A DNA stretch of 64,000 bases from Poseidonia sp. (GTDB lineage Archaea; Thermoplasmatota; Poseidoniia; Poseidoniales; Poseidoniaceae), in the NCBI GenBank assembly GCA_965661285.1, contig CBFIDD010000002.1, forward strand, positions 316,515 to 380,514. The letters run 5' to 3'. The notes beneath the pieces were generated by a model. That model was not told where the DNA came from and searched no databases. It saw nothing but the letters and a program-made list of their open reading frames with translations. Positions 1-8,611 of this stretch are shown here, piece by piece (position 1 is the first letter of the stretch; each line of letters starts with the position of its first letter). Both the position numbers and the translations under genes were made by a program.

Positions 1-71
1 TGCCCTCGCCATCAAGTTCAACTTCGTATTCCGTCCCGTTCACGATGACTTTTCGTGTATCTGTCATGCGA

Positions 72-263
72 TTACCTCCATGGGGAGCGCCCTGCGCGGG
101 CGTTCATCAGCGATGTTTGTCCGGTCATTTGACGACGATGGTCCTGCGACCAAGCAGAACCGGGCTGGCGAGCGATTTGAGCCGGGTCATCACCGTCGCC
201 TTGCGTGGCAGCAATGACTGCCGCGATGGCGGCCATCATCAATTCAGAGATTTCTTCAGCCAC
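72..263 (-). CDS. small ORF (63 aa) immediately downstream of pccB on the same strand; possible small acyl-CoA carboxylase-associated subunit, speculative
   Basis: Starts 10 nt after the pccB stop on the same strand. Ala-rich N-terminus (MAEEISELMMAAIAAVIAATQ). No family match can be asserted from sequence alone. Confidence 0.2.
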   Translation of the reverse strand: MAEEISELMMAAIAAVIAATQGDGDDPAQIARQPGSAWSQDHRRQMTGQTSLMNARAGRSPWR

Positions 264-272
264 TTTATCACC

Positions 273-1829
273 TCAAAGCGGAATATTGCCGTGCTTTCGA
301 GCAGGTCGGAGTTCTTCCTTGTCCATCAGCATCTCGAGCGCCCGGCTCAAACGCTGTCGTGTTTGGTTGGGCTCAATCACATCGTCAAGGTAGCCCAGCG
401 CCGCCGCTTTGTACGGATTGGCAAAGGTCTCTTTGAAATCCTCCGTGAGCCGCTCGCGCTCTTGCTCAGGGTTTCGAGCGTGGGCGATGCGCCGGCGGTG
501 AATGATCTCAACCGCACCGTCAGCCCCCATCACGGCCAGCTCTGCTGAAGGCCATGCGACGTTGTAATCACCACGAATGTGCTTGCTCGACATGACATCG
601 TAAGCACCGCCGTAGGCCTTGCGGAGGATCACGGTCAACTTCGGCACGGTGGCCTCGGCAAACGCATAGAGGAGTTTCGCGCCGTGGCGGATGATGCCAC
701 CCCATTCTTGGTTGGTTCCAGGAAGGAATCCTGGAACGTCCTCAAAGGTGAGGATCGGGATGTTGAAGGCATCACAGAACCGAACAAAACGAGCGGCCTT
801 GTCGCTGGCGTCGATGTCCAAGCAACCGGCAAGAATCTTGGGTTGGTTGGCAACCACGCCGACCGTGTGGCCACCGAGGTGACCGAAGCCGACCACGATG
901 TTTTGCGCCCACTCGGCTTGAACTTCCATGAAACCACCGTCGTCCAACACCTCGGTGATGACGTCGAGGACATCGTAGGGTTTGGCCGCGTCGTCGGGAA
1001 TGATGTTGTCCAGCGCGTCGCAGGAACGGTCCTTGCTGTCCGAGGTCTTCTTCATCGGCGGTCGCTCAAGGTTGTTGGGCGGCAGCATGTCGCAAAGGTC
1101 CCGGGCCATTTGGATGGCGTGTTCGTCATCGCTGGCGGTAAAGTGCGAGACGCCCGACTTTGACCCGTGGGTGGCTGCACCACCAAGGTCCTCGAAACTG
1201 ACCACTTCGTTGGTGACCGTCTTGATGACCTCAGGACCGGTGATGAACATGTGGGCGGTTTGGTCGACCATGATGACGAAATCGGTGATGGCCGGTGAAT
1301 AGACAGCACCGCCTGCACAGGGGCCCATGATGACCGAGATTTGTGGAACGACACCCGAGGCACGGACGTTGCGGAAGAAAATCTCGGCGTAGGAGCCAAG
1401 CGACGCCACGCCTTCTTGGATACGAGCGCCACCGGAATCATTCATGCCAATCACGGGACGACCGGTCTTGAGCGCCATGTCAAGAACCTTGCAAATCTTG
1501 AGGCCGTGCATTTCACCAAGCGAGCCACCGTAGACGGTGAAATCTTGAGCGAAGGCGAAGACTTCCCTCCCGTTGATGGTGCCGTGGCCGGTGACCACAC
1601 CGTCCCCGGGGATGACGTTCTTGTCCATGTCAAAATCACGGCATCGGTGTTCGACCAACGCATCAATCTCCTGGAAACTGCCATCATCGAGCAACAATTC
1701 GAGGCGCTCACGAGCCGTCATCTTCCCTCGGTTGTGTTGGGCTTCAACACGGGCTTGACCGCCGCCAGCTTCGCTGCGAGCCTTGCGATTTCGTAGGTCC
1801 TTGAGTCGCTCTTCGGTGCCAGACATCAA
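273..1829 (-). CDS. pccB: propionyl-CoA carboxylase / methylmalonyl-CoA carboxyltransferase beta subunit (acyl-CoA carboxylase carboxyltransferase)
   Basis: 518 aa. Strong carboxyltransferase hallmarks: [74 protein letters not shown], full-length two-domain layout. Confidence 0.9.
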   Translation of the reverse strand: MMSGTEERLKDLRNRKARSEAGGGQARVEAQHNRGKMTARERLELLLDDGSFQEIDALVEHRCRDFDMDKNVIPGDGVVTGHGTINGREVFAFAQDFTVYGGSLGEMHGLKICKVLDMALKTGRPVIGMNDSGGARIQEGVASLGSYAEIFFRNVRASGVVPQISVIMGPCAGGAVYSPAITDFVIMVDQTAHMFITGPEVIKTVTNEVVSFEDLGGAATHGSKSGVSHFTASDDEHAIQMARDLCDMLPPNNLERPPMKKTSDSKDRSCDALDNIIPDDAAKPYDVLDVITEVLDDGGFMEVQAEWAQNIVVGFGHLGGHTVGVVANQPKILAGCLDIDASDKAARFVRFCDAFNIPILTFEDVPGFLPGTNQEWGGIIRHGAKLLYAFAEATVPKLTVILRKAYGGAYDVMSSKHIRGDYNVAWPSAELAVMGADGAVEIIHRRRIAHARNPEQERERLTEDFKETFANPYKAAALGYLDDVIEPNQTRQRLSRALEMLMDKEELRPARKHGNIPL

Positions 1830-1942
1830 CTTCCCCGAGTCCTACTCGGCCCAAGCCGCCCTTATTGCTTGCTCTTCTGAAGAGATGAATTGACAGGAAT
1901 CATGAGGGTTGCGTTGATAGGGAAGCGACCTCTCCTCACATC

Positions 1943-2389
1943 ATGGACCAACCCCTCCGTATCGTGGTGGCCAAACCCGGCCTTGACGGTCATGACCGAG
2001 GTGCCAAAGTGGTCGCCCGAGCCCTACGAGACGCCGGCCACGAGGTGATCTATACGGGACTGCGCCGCACATCACAGCAAATCGTTGACACCGTTCGCGA
2101 CGAAGACGCACGCTTCCTCGGACTCTCCTCACTTTCGGGTGCACACGCCCATCTCTTCCCGCAGGTCTGCGAAAAACTGCGCGAGGCCGGTCTCGATGAT
2201 GTCATCGTCTTCGGAGGTGGCATCATCCCACAGGAAGACCGCCCTGCGCTTCACGAAGTGGGCATCCGTGCTGTTTTCGGCCCGGGGACGCCAACGGCAG
2301 AAATTCTTGAATTCATCACCGAAGCATCCGGTCGAGACGACGCTGGTGTTGGCCAATCCAACGAATGGCATTGGGAATCCTCGGCTTGA
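1943..2389 (+). CDS. methylmalonyl-CoA mutase, B12-binding small subunit (C-terminal domain type)
   Basis: 148 aa. B12-binding signature: IVVAKPGLDGHDRGAKVVARALRDAGHEVIYTG ... VIVFGGGIIP. Next to meaB. The last residues may be read-through into the overlapping meaB frame. Confidence 0.8.
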   Translation: MDQPLRIVVAKPGLDGHDRGAKVVARALRDAGHEVIYTGLRRTSQQIVDTVRDEDARFLGLSSLSGAHAHLFPQVCEKLREAGLDDVIVFGGGIIPQEDRPALHEVGIRAVFGPGTPTAEILEFITEASGRDDAGVGQSNEWHWESSA

Positions 2390-3312
2390 CGGAGGTGCCA
2401 CGGATGGCCAACGAACTGCAGCAAGCAATGAGCGGCGACCGCCGCGCCCTTGCTCGGATGCTGTCAAGCATCGAAAACGGCGAGGTCCTGCTTGCAGAAC
2501 TCCTACCAAACCGTTCATCCTTGGATGCAGAAACCTGGGCGACCATGGCCATCACCGGTGCCCCGGGCGTTGGAAAATCGGTACTCGTTGACGCGCTGAT
2601 GACCCAGTGGGCCGGCAGTGGTTTGCGAGTGGCGTTGTTGGCGGTGGACCCGAGCTCGCCACGAACGGGGGGTGCGCTTCTCGGCGACCGCGTGCGCATG
2701 TCATCGGTTGACAATCCAGACATCAACGACCGCGTCTATGTTCGCTCCATTGCAACACGGTCGTCCTCTGGAAGCGTTCCTCTTATCGTCGAGGACATGG
2801 CAGCCTTCCTCTTGGCATGCGGCTGGCAACGTGTTTTGATCGAAACCGTGGGTTCGGGCCAAGCAGAGTTGCGATGTGCAGCCGTCGCAGACCGTATTGT
2901 GGTCGTTGAAGGTCCAGCCCGAGGCGACGGTATTCAAGCGGAGAAAGCCGGTCTCCTTGAACTGGCTGATATCGTTCTGGTCAACAAAGCCGACCTCGAA
3001 GGTGCAGAGCAGCATGCAGGTGAACTTCGGGAATCCTACGCCTTGGATGGCGACGAGGCACCCTCCGTCTTGCTGACGTCCGGATTGAAGAACATCGGCA
3101 TTGAAGAAGCGGCGCATGCGCTTCTCAAACTCGAGAGTTCAGGACGTGCGACACGAGCACGCATGCGTGAGCGTCTTCTCGGCCGACACGAACGTCGGTT
3201 AACCCTCCATCCATCGTACAATGCGGTGCTGACCCGACTTTGTGAGGGCACCCTTGATATTGAAGAGGCCATGACTGAACTTCAAGGGGACAAGGATGAC
3301 CGGGCAAGTTGA
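2365..3312 (+). CDS. meaB: methylmalonyl-CoA mutase-associated GTPase MeaB/ArgK (G3E family)
   Basis: P-loop ITGAPGVGKS. Typical MeaB N-terminal helix (RRALARMLSSIENG). VLVNKADL (NKxD). Directly follows the mutase small subunit. The true start is possibly the internal Met near 2404. Confidence 0.85.
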   Translation: MALGILGLTEVPRMANELQQAMSGDRRALARMLSSIENGEVLLAELLPNRSSLDAETWATMAITGAPGVGKSVLVDALMTQWAGSGLRVALLAVDPSSPRTGGALLGDRVRMSSVDNPDINDRVYVRSIATRSSSGSVPLIVEDMAAFLLACGWQRVLIETVGSGQAELRCAAVADRIVVVEGPARGDGIQAEKAGLLELADIVLVNKADLEGAEQHAGELRESYALDGDEAPSVLLTSGLKNIGIEEAAHALLKLESSGRATRARMRERLLGRHERRLTLHPSYNAVLTRLCEGTLDIEEAMTELQGDKDDRAS

Positions 3313-3922
3313 GATGACCAATCCGGTGGAAACATCGGTGGGTGGCATGCGTGGGCACATGCTTCGCCGTACCGTCCACCTGTCGATGGTGGGCATCCCC
3401 TATCTCTACTTCACTCAGGGCGAACGTGTCGCCGATGGTATTGGTATTTCCCTTCAACAAGTGGTGGCAGGGGTGGTCATCATCGCTTTGGTCCTTGAAG
3501 GCGTTCGACTGCGCTTGAAGCTCACCGTTTTTGGACAGCGAGACTACGAGGCCAATCAGATTTCGGCCTTGGCATGGGGTGCGGTCGGTGTCGGATTTGT
3601 TTTGCTTCTCGTACCGCACGAAGCCTATGCATGGCCCATCATCGCCAGCCTGGCGTTGGGAGACCCATTGATGGGTGAATTACGTCGGAAAGATATCGAA
3701 GACCGGAAGGTCATGACCTACGCGACACTTCTGCTTCTCGCCATATGGCTTGTTTCATCCTTCCAATTCGGCACGCCGTTGTGGATGGCCTTCCTGCTCC
3801 CACCGGTCTGCATGATCTCCGAATGGCCTCGTCTCACCTACATCGACGATAACGCCACGATGGTCCTCATCCCCTTGGCTTTGGTTCTCGTGCTGGAACC
3901 CTTCGCCTTGGTGATGGCATAA
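3296..3922 (+). CDS. polytopic integral membrane protein, function unknown
   Basis: 208 aa, about 6 hydrophobic helices (IIALVLEGV, VGVGFVLLLV, LLLLAIWLV, VLIPLALVLVL). No recognisable catalytic motif. Confidence 0.45.
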   Translation: MTGQVEMTNPVETSVGGMRGHMLRRTVHLSMVGIPYLYFTQGERVADGIGISLQQVVAGVVIIALVLEGVRLRLKLTVFGQRDYEANQISALAWGAVGVGFVLLLVPHEAYAWPIIASLALGDPLMGELRRKDIEDRKVMTYATLLLLAIWLVSSFQFGTPLWMAFLLPPVCMISEWPRLTYIDDNATMVLIPLALVLVLEPFALVMA

Positions 3923-3993
3923 CCGGATATTTTCAGCCCGCTGTTTCAATATGTTGAAATGGGGGGTTACTGTCGTTGGATTCAGTGGACGAC

Positions 3994-4104
3994 ATGGCGG
4001 ACGATAACACCAACTCGGACCCACCACAAATTGCCTATCAAGTGGGTTTTGCACTCGCCATCATTCTTCTTGGCGTGGTCATGTTCCGCTACCCGCTTTG
4101 GTAA
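3994..4104 (+). CDS. possible 36-aa single-TM micropeptide (MADDNTNSDPPQIAYQVGFALAIILLGVVMFRYPLW)
   Basis: ATG..TAA ORF not in the supplied track (below the length cutoff). Acidic N-terminus plus one hydrophobic helix. Sits between a palindrome (3944-3959) and asnB. Weak support. Confidence 0.15.
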   Translation: MADDNTNSDPPQIAYQVGFALAIILLGVVMFRYPLW

Positions 4105-4160
4105 GCATTCAGGTCCGATTTTGAACATCTCTTGAAAAAGGGAGCCCTTTTGGAGATAGT

Positions 4161-5948
4161 ATGTGCGCTATCGCAGGCATGCTTGGCCATCCTGATGGCA
4201 GCGTCCTGCAACGCATGAATCGACTGCAACAGCACCGAGGCCCCGATGAAAACGATGTGTGGATGGACGACAGCGTCGGCTTCGCCCACGCTCGACTTTC
4301 GATCCTCGACCTCGATTCAAGTCAGCAACCGATGAGCGACCATGATGGAGCCGTTCTGGTCTTGAACGGAGAGATCTACAACCATCGAGAACTCAGAAAT
4401 GCCCATGCCGCCTACCCGTTTCGTACGGCAGGCGACACCGAAGCCGTTCTTGCCGTTCACCGAACAACACGGGCCGTGGCATCAGGTCCACTTTCAGCAA
4501 ACGACCATGCCGCATGGCTGGCAACGCTCGACGGCATGTACGCCATAGCGCTGTGGAATCCCGCCGACCGGCAGTTCATCCTCGCTCGCGACCCCATGGG
4601 CATCAAACCTCTGGCTCGTACGGAAATTGACGGGACACTGCTGTTCGCCAGTGAAGTGAAGGCGTTCCAGGCCCACGAAGGACATCGGCCCGAACTCGAC
4701 GAACTGGCCCTGGCCGCACGCCTGGTTTGGGAATACCCGCTTGATGCCACCACCCTCCTGAAGGGTGTTCATCAGGTCAGGCCTGGCACGGTTGAACGCT
4801 GGGCGCTGGACCACCACGGTCGGGCGACCCTTCTCGACCGAGCCAACATTGAGCGACAGCACCTCCAGCCAGCTACGTCTTGGAATCCGAACGCCCACGC
4901 CGATGACCTTCTGGAAAGCTTCGTTGAGGGCGTGCAACAACGCTTGCTATCAGATGTACCCGTGGGCATCGTGTTGTCCGGAGGTCTTGATTCGAGTTTG
5001 GTGGCAGCCGTCGCCCACGAAGCAGCAGAACGAGCCGAACAGGACGTCCCTGCCTGTTGGACGGTCGCTGAGAGCGAAGAAAATCCAGATTGGGTGGCCG
5101 CCGAGCAGGTGGCCGCACATCACGACCTTGTTCATCATCAGCACCTTTTGGAGGCCGATGCCTTTGACAAGCGCTTGCCGGACTTGGCATGGCACGGCGA
5201 AGATGCCGACGTGACGGTCATGTTCTTTCACCCGCTGTTTGAACACATGTCGAGGCATGTCAAAGTTGGATTGTGCGGCCAGGGTGCCGACGAGTTGCAC
5301 GCTGGCTACCCACGCTATGGCGACTTGGGTCAGCACAACGCTTTGCTGCAGCAGCGAATGAACGCCCTGCCCGACATGCATCGATCGGCACTCCTGAACG
5401 GCGGCTTATCGTCAGGCGAAGGATGGTACCAATCTTCCCACGACCCGGCGAAGCCGACCGCTGACCTCGGCAGCATGTTGAATTTTGAGCTTGAGCACGG
5501 GCAATTGAGCAACTTCCAACTCCGCTTGGTTGACCGGCACTCGATGGCTCACTCGCTTGAGGTCCGGGTCCCCTTCTTGGGCAGCGCTCACCGAAAAGCC
5601 TCGTACGCTTTGCCCTTGGATTGGAAACGCAGCGCTCAACGGGAAGAAAAGGCAGCCCTCCGCCGGGCCGCCGACCTCACAAACCTTCCCAAAGACATCG
5701 TCCGCCGGCCGAAACTTCCTGCGGGGCGGGCGACAGCCCCGGCCATGCTCGAAACATTCCTTGATGAACGTAGGAGTCAGGTCGAGGAACTCATGGCACA
5801 CTACAACCAGTGGAAACCCGTGCTCAAAGGCCAAGAAGAACTGGCCATCGGCTTGGGCCTGTTTGAGGCACTCCACTTGCGCCACGACGGTCATCGGCGG
5901 GCGAAGCAGAGCATCGACGCTCTCCTCAACGAGGTGATTTCGGCATGA
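4161..5948 (+). CDS. asnB: asparagine synthetase (glutamine-hydrolysing), class II amidotransferase
   Basis: N-terminal MCAIAG (Cys2 nucleophile). GEIYNH. PP-loop SGGLDSS. 595 aa. Confidence 0.85.
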   Translation: MCAIAGMLGHPDGSVLQRMNRLQQHRGPDENDVWMDDSVGFAHARLSILDLDSSQQPMSDHDGAVLVLNGEIYNHRELRNAHAAYPFRTAGDTEAVLAVHRTTRAVASGPLSANDHAAWLATLDGMYAIALWNPADRQFILARDPMGIKPLARTEIDGTLLFASEVKAFQAHEGHRPELDELALAARLVWEYPLDATTLLKGVHQVRPGTVERWALDHHGRATLLDRANIERQHLQPATSWNPNAHADDLLESFVEGVQQRLLSDVPVGIVLSGGLDSSLVAAVAHEAAERAEQDVPACWTVAESEENPDWVAAEQVAAHHDLVHHQHLLEADAFDKRLPDLAWHGEDADVTVMFFHPLFEHMSRHVKVGLCGQGADELHAGYPRYGDLGQHNALLQQRMNALPDMHRSALLNGGLSSGEGWYQSSHDPAKPTADLGSMLNFELEHGQLSNFQLRLVDRHSMAHSLEVRVPFLGSAHRKASYALPLDWKRSAQREEKAALRRAADLTNLPKDIVRRPKLPAGRATAPAMLETFLDERRSQVEELMAHYNQWKPVLKGQEELAIGLGLFEALHLRHDGHRRAKQSIDALLNEVISA

Positions 5949-7147
5949 ATTTGAGAGAACACAACCAACGCTTGGAAAACAAACGCGAGGAAATCACGGC
6001 GTGGATGGCAAAAAAACGTGCTGAGGTCCCCATCCCAATCTATGGTAGCGTGGATGTACGCGACGCCGGTTGGAAAATCGGGGTTGTTGACGCGAATCAC
6101 TTCCCGGCTGGATTTAACAACGTATCTGAAGAAAACCTGATTGAACTTGCGAACTTGTTCAAAGAGCACGTCCACCGTGTCAACCCCTCCTGTGCTTGGG
6201 TTCACATCTACCCTGAAAACCACACGCGAAACCCCGGTTATGTAGAAAACATTGCCAGTATTCAATCCATGATCGAGCATGCAGGATTTACCTGCACCGT
6301 AGGTTCTCCTGACCTCAACGAATTCGATGCACTCAACGGATTGTCCGGCCCGTTGATGCTGCAAAGCGTCGAAGTGGATGACGAAGGAAAGCTGACGGTC
6401 GGGCAACAGAATCCGGACTTGATTTTACTCAACAACGATTTGACCGAAGGCATCATTCCAGGAATTCAAAGCACCAACATCACACCACCACCTCACATGG
6501 GTTGGTATCGCCGACGCAAATCGCAACATTATGAGATGCTCAAGCCTTACGTCGAGGAAATGGCCGACCTTCTTTCCTTGGATCCGTGGCATTTGATGCC
6601 AGAGTGGTTTGTCTCTCAAGACAAATGTTTGATCGAAGATGCATGCAGGTTCAAACTTGCCGCTGAGATCGATGCCTTCCTTGACCGCCTGCGAGCGAAG
6701 TACGCGAGCCTCGGCATCGAGCGAGAACCCACGGTCGTGATGAAGAACGACAGCGGCACCTACGGCCTTGGCGTCATGATGTTAACATCCGGCGAGCAAA
6801 TCCTCAATCTCTCGAAGCGAAAGGCGAACAAACTCCGTTATGCCAAAGGCGGTGCTGATGTTGAAAACTACCTCATCCAAGAAGGCATACCGACCGCCCT
6901 TTCCACCGAGAACAACGAAACCCTCGAGCCTGTGGTCTATCTCGTGGATGGTGAGGCCGCCTCCTGGTTTTACCGCATCAATGCGAAAAAATCCGACATG
7001 GACAATCTCAACTCCCCCAGTTCTCGATTTGAGAATTACGAAGACAGCAAAAACCCGCACCTCGAAGAAGCACACGGGTGGCACGCCCTCGTCGCTGAAT
7101 TGAGCATGCTCGCCATGGGGGCGGAAGCCAAAGCATCGGCCAACTAA
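5945..7147 (+). CDS. putative glutamate--cysteine ligase-like / ATP-dependent carboxylate-amine ligase family protein (tentative)
   Basis: 400 aa. Start overlaps the asnB stop by 4 nt (translational coupling). Overall resemblance to the bacterial GshA-type (Pfam GshA-like) ligases is recalled from memory, not verified. Confidence 0.3.
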   Translation: MNLREHNQRLENKREEITAWMAKKRAEVPIPIYGSVDVRDAGWKIGVVDANHFPAGFNNVSEENLIELANLFKEHVHRVNPSCAWVHIYPENHTRNPGYVENIASIQSMIEHAGFTCTVGSPDLNEFDALNGLSGPLMLQSVEVDDEGKLTVGQQNPDLILLNNDLTEGIIPGIQSTNITPPPHMGWYRRRKSQHYEMLKPYVEEMADLLSLDPWHLMPEWFVSQDKCLIEDACRFKLAAEIDAFLDRLRAKYASLGIEREPTVVMKNDSGTYGLGVMMLTSGEQILNLSKRKANKLRYAKGGADVENYLIQEGIPTALSTENNETLEPVVYLVDGEAASWFYRINAKKSDMDNLNSPSSRFENYEDSKNPHLEEAHGWHALVAELSMLAMGAEAKASAN

Positions 7148-7184
7148 CCCAACAGGATGAAAGCCAAGATTTCCTCGCAGCACC

Positions 7185-7862
7185 ATGAGCCAGCGGGTTT
7201 GGTTGTACATCATGACCATCGCCGTTGGGCTGTGGATTTCTGCAACCGCTGCGGGAGGTCTTCTCCCTGATGCGCTGGCCGAATGGCCCGTGAACGTATG
7301 GTGCTGGGGCGTGTTTGCGTTTATTTTCAAAGGCGCCGACCAAAAGGAGCGCATTGAGATGGTCGCCGTCGTAGCGCTCGCAACGCCCATGGAACTGTTC
7401 TTCTCCGAGGTTTGGCTGGTCTACGAGTACCAACGCGAATTCATGCCGCTCTTTGTCCCAGCAGGCCACTATTTCCTCTTCGATCTGGGCCGGCGAGGAG
7501 CATCCCTGATGCGGGTTGAAATGGCCCTTCCGCTGCTCTTGCCCTTCGTCCCCCTCGTGGCCTACGGCGCATGGACGGGAGGTGACACCTCCGGGGTCGT
7601 CATGCTGCTCCTCGTCTTGGGATTCACCAAATGGGGACCCCAACCGCGACTGTATGCCGCCATGGCGTGGGCAGCCTTGGCCATGGAACTCTGGGGGACC
7701 TATCTCGGAAACTGGACGTGGGCCACCGACGTGCCTTGGACCAACTTGACAGCGTGGAATCCGCCACTCCTGGTGGGCGCCTTCTACTGTTTTGGCGACC
7801 TCTTGGTTAACCTGTGCGTTGCTAAGTTTCAAGGGGAACCTACGTCCGAGGTTCTACCATGA
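7185..7862 (+). CDS. integral membrane protein, unknown function
   Basis: 225 aa, several Trp-rich hydrophobic helices. Tightly packed in the same-strand gene string after the ligase-like gene. Confidence 0.45.
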   Translation: MSQRVWLYIMTIAVGLWISATAAGGLLPDALAEWPVNVWCWGVFAFIFKGADQKERIEMVAVVALATPMELFFSEVWLVYEYQREFMPLFVPAGHYFLFDLGRRGASLMRVEMALPLLLPFVPLVAYGAWTGGDTSGVVMLLLVLGFTKWGPQPRLYAAMAWAALAMELWGTYLGNWTWATDVPWTNLTAWNPPLLVGAFYCFGDLLVNLCVAKFQGEPTSEVLP

Positions 7863-8191
7863 CCGGCGCTGACGAGCTGCGCAAGCGCCGCGAGCAAGAG
7901 GCGCTTCGTATTCGTACGGCGCTGAACCGGCAGCGTGGCGAACAGCGTGCCAACACCAAGGGAGGCGAAGGAACCGTGGCCTTTGTTGAGGAACGCAAAT
8001 GCATCGGTTGCGACCAGTGCACCATCGTCTGTGATGACGATGCGATTGAACTCTACTTCGTGGATGTCCGCAGCCCGCTGATGTCGGTGGAGAGCAACCG
8101 GAAGGCGAAGATCATTCGAGATGCGTGCACAGGATGCCGATTGTGTGTCCTCGCATGCCCAACCGATGCCATCACGATGATTGACCGATGA
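7859..8191 (+). CDS. 4Fe-4S dicluster ferredoxin-domain protein
   Basis: Two CxxCxxCxxxC(P) motifs: CIGCDQCTIVCDD and CTGCRLCVLACP. 110 aa. Overlaps the upstream gene by 4 nt. Confidence 0.7.
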   Translation: MTGADELRKRREQEALRIRTALNRQRGEQRANTKGGEGTVAFVEERKCIGCDQCTIVCDDDAIELYFVDVRSPLMSVESNRKAKIIRDACTGCRLCVLACPTDAITMIDR

Positions 8192-8489
8192 GGTGAACCC
8201 CATGTCAAAGAAAGGAAAAGATGCAACAGCCCAGCGATTTGGAGGCGAATTTGGCCCTTACAGGAAACCCGGCACGGAAGGCGTTTCGCTGTCGACCTTC
8301 AAGAACCTGGTATGGACTTCGAATATCGGAGGTTTGCTCCTCGTCGTGCTCGCTTTGGAACTGCTCTTTGTCCAGCAGCGATTCATGTGGGGCTTCCTGT
8401 CCTTGGTCGCCGGTGTGGCCATCGCCCTGTTCCCGTCCAACTACGAAATCGTCGGGATGAGCGACGAGGACGAAGACGACGCATCGTGA
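8181..8489 (+). CDS. small membrane protein with acidic C-terminus
   Basis: 102 aa. Two hydrophobic helices (LLLVVLALELLFV, LSLVAGVAIALF). Ends DEDEDDAS. Overlaps the ferredoxin gene by 11 nt. Confidence 0.35.
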   Translation: MTDEVNPMSKKGKDATAQRFGGEFGPYRKPGTEGVSLSTFKNLVWTSNIGGLLLVVLALELLFVQQRFMWGFLSLVAGVAIALFPSNYEIVGMSDEDEDDAS

Positions 8490-8515
8490 TGAGGCGTATC
8501 AATCGGTAGCGTCTG

Positions 8516-8587
8516 ACAAGACCCACTGCAAGCCCTCTGATGAGGTCAAAACGAATCAGTGGGTTTGTGCATTGACCCTTTGATTCG
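8516..8587. repeat. left ~72-bp inverted repeat bounding the low-GC cassette
   Basis: 8521-8587 (ACCCACTGCAAGCCCTCTGATGAGGTCAAAACGAATCAGTGGGTTTGTGCATTGACCCTTTGATTCG) matches the reverse complement of 11679-11751 with only a handful of mismatches. Internal hairpin potential (ACCCACTG ... CAGTGGGT). Confidence 0.75.
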
Positions 8588-8611
8588 TTAGTATAACCAT
8601 TGAATCAGCCT

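Noticed and set aside
45-1163. Plus-strand ORFs (167 aa, 194 aa) overlapping pccB
   Set aside because: Opposite strand of a strongly supported carboxyltransferase gene, with no motifs.
3944-3959. Perfect palindrome TTTCAA-TATG-TTGAAA upstream of the possible micropeptide and asnB
   Set aside because: Kept only as a note. A single 6-bp-arm palindrome is common by chance in AT-richer intergenic DNA. It could equally be a TATA-region artefact or a terminator remnant of the upstream gene.
4161-5948. AsnB homolog as a lasso-peptide cyclase next to a micropeptide
   Set aside because: The N-terminal Cys2 glutaminase nucleophile (MCAIAG) and full glutaminase domain are intact, which fits a genuine amidotransferase rather than a lasso cyclase. 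No B-protein/PqqD-like or leader-peptidase genes are present.
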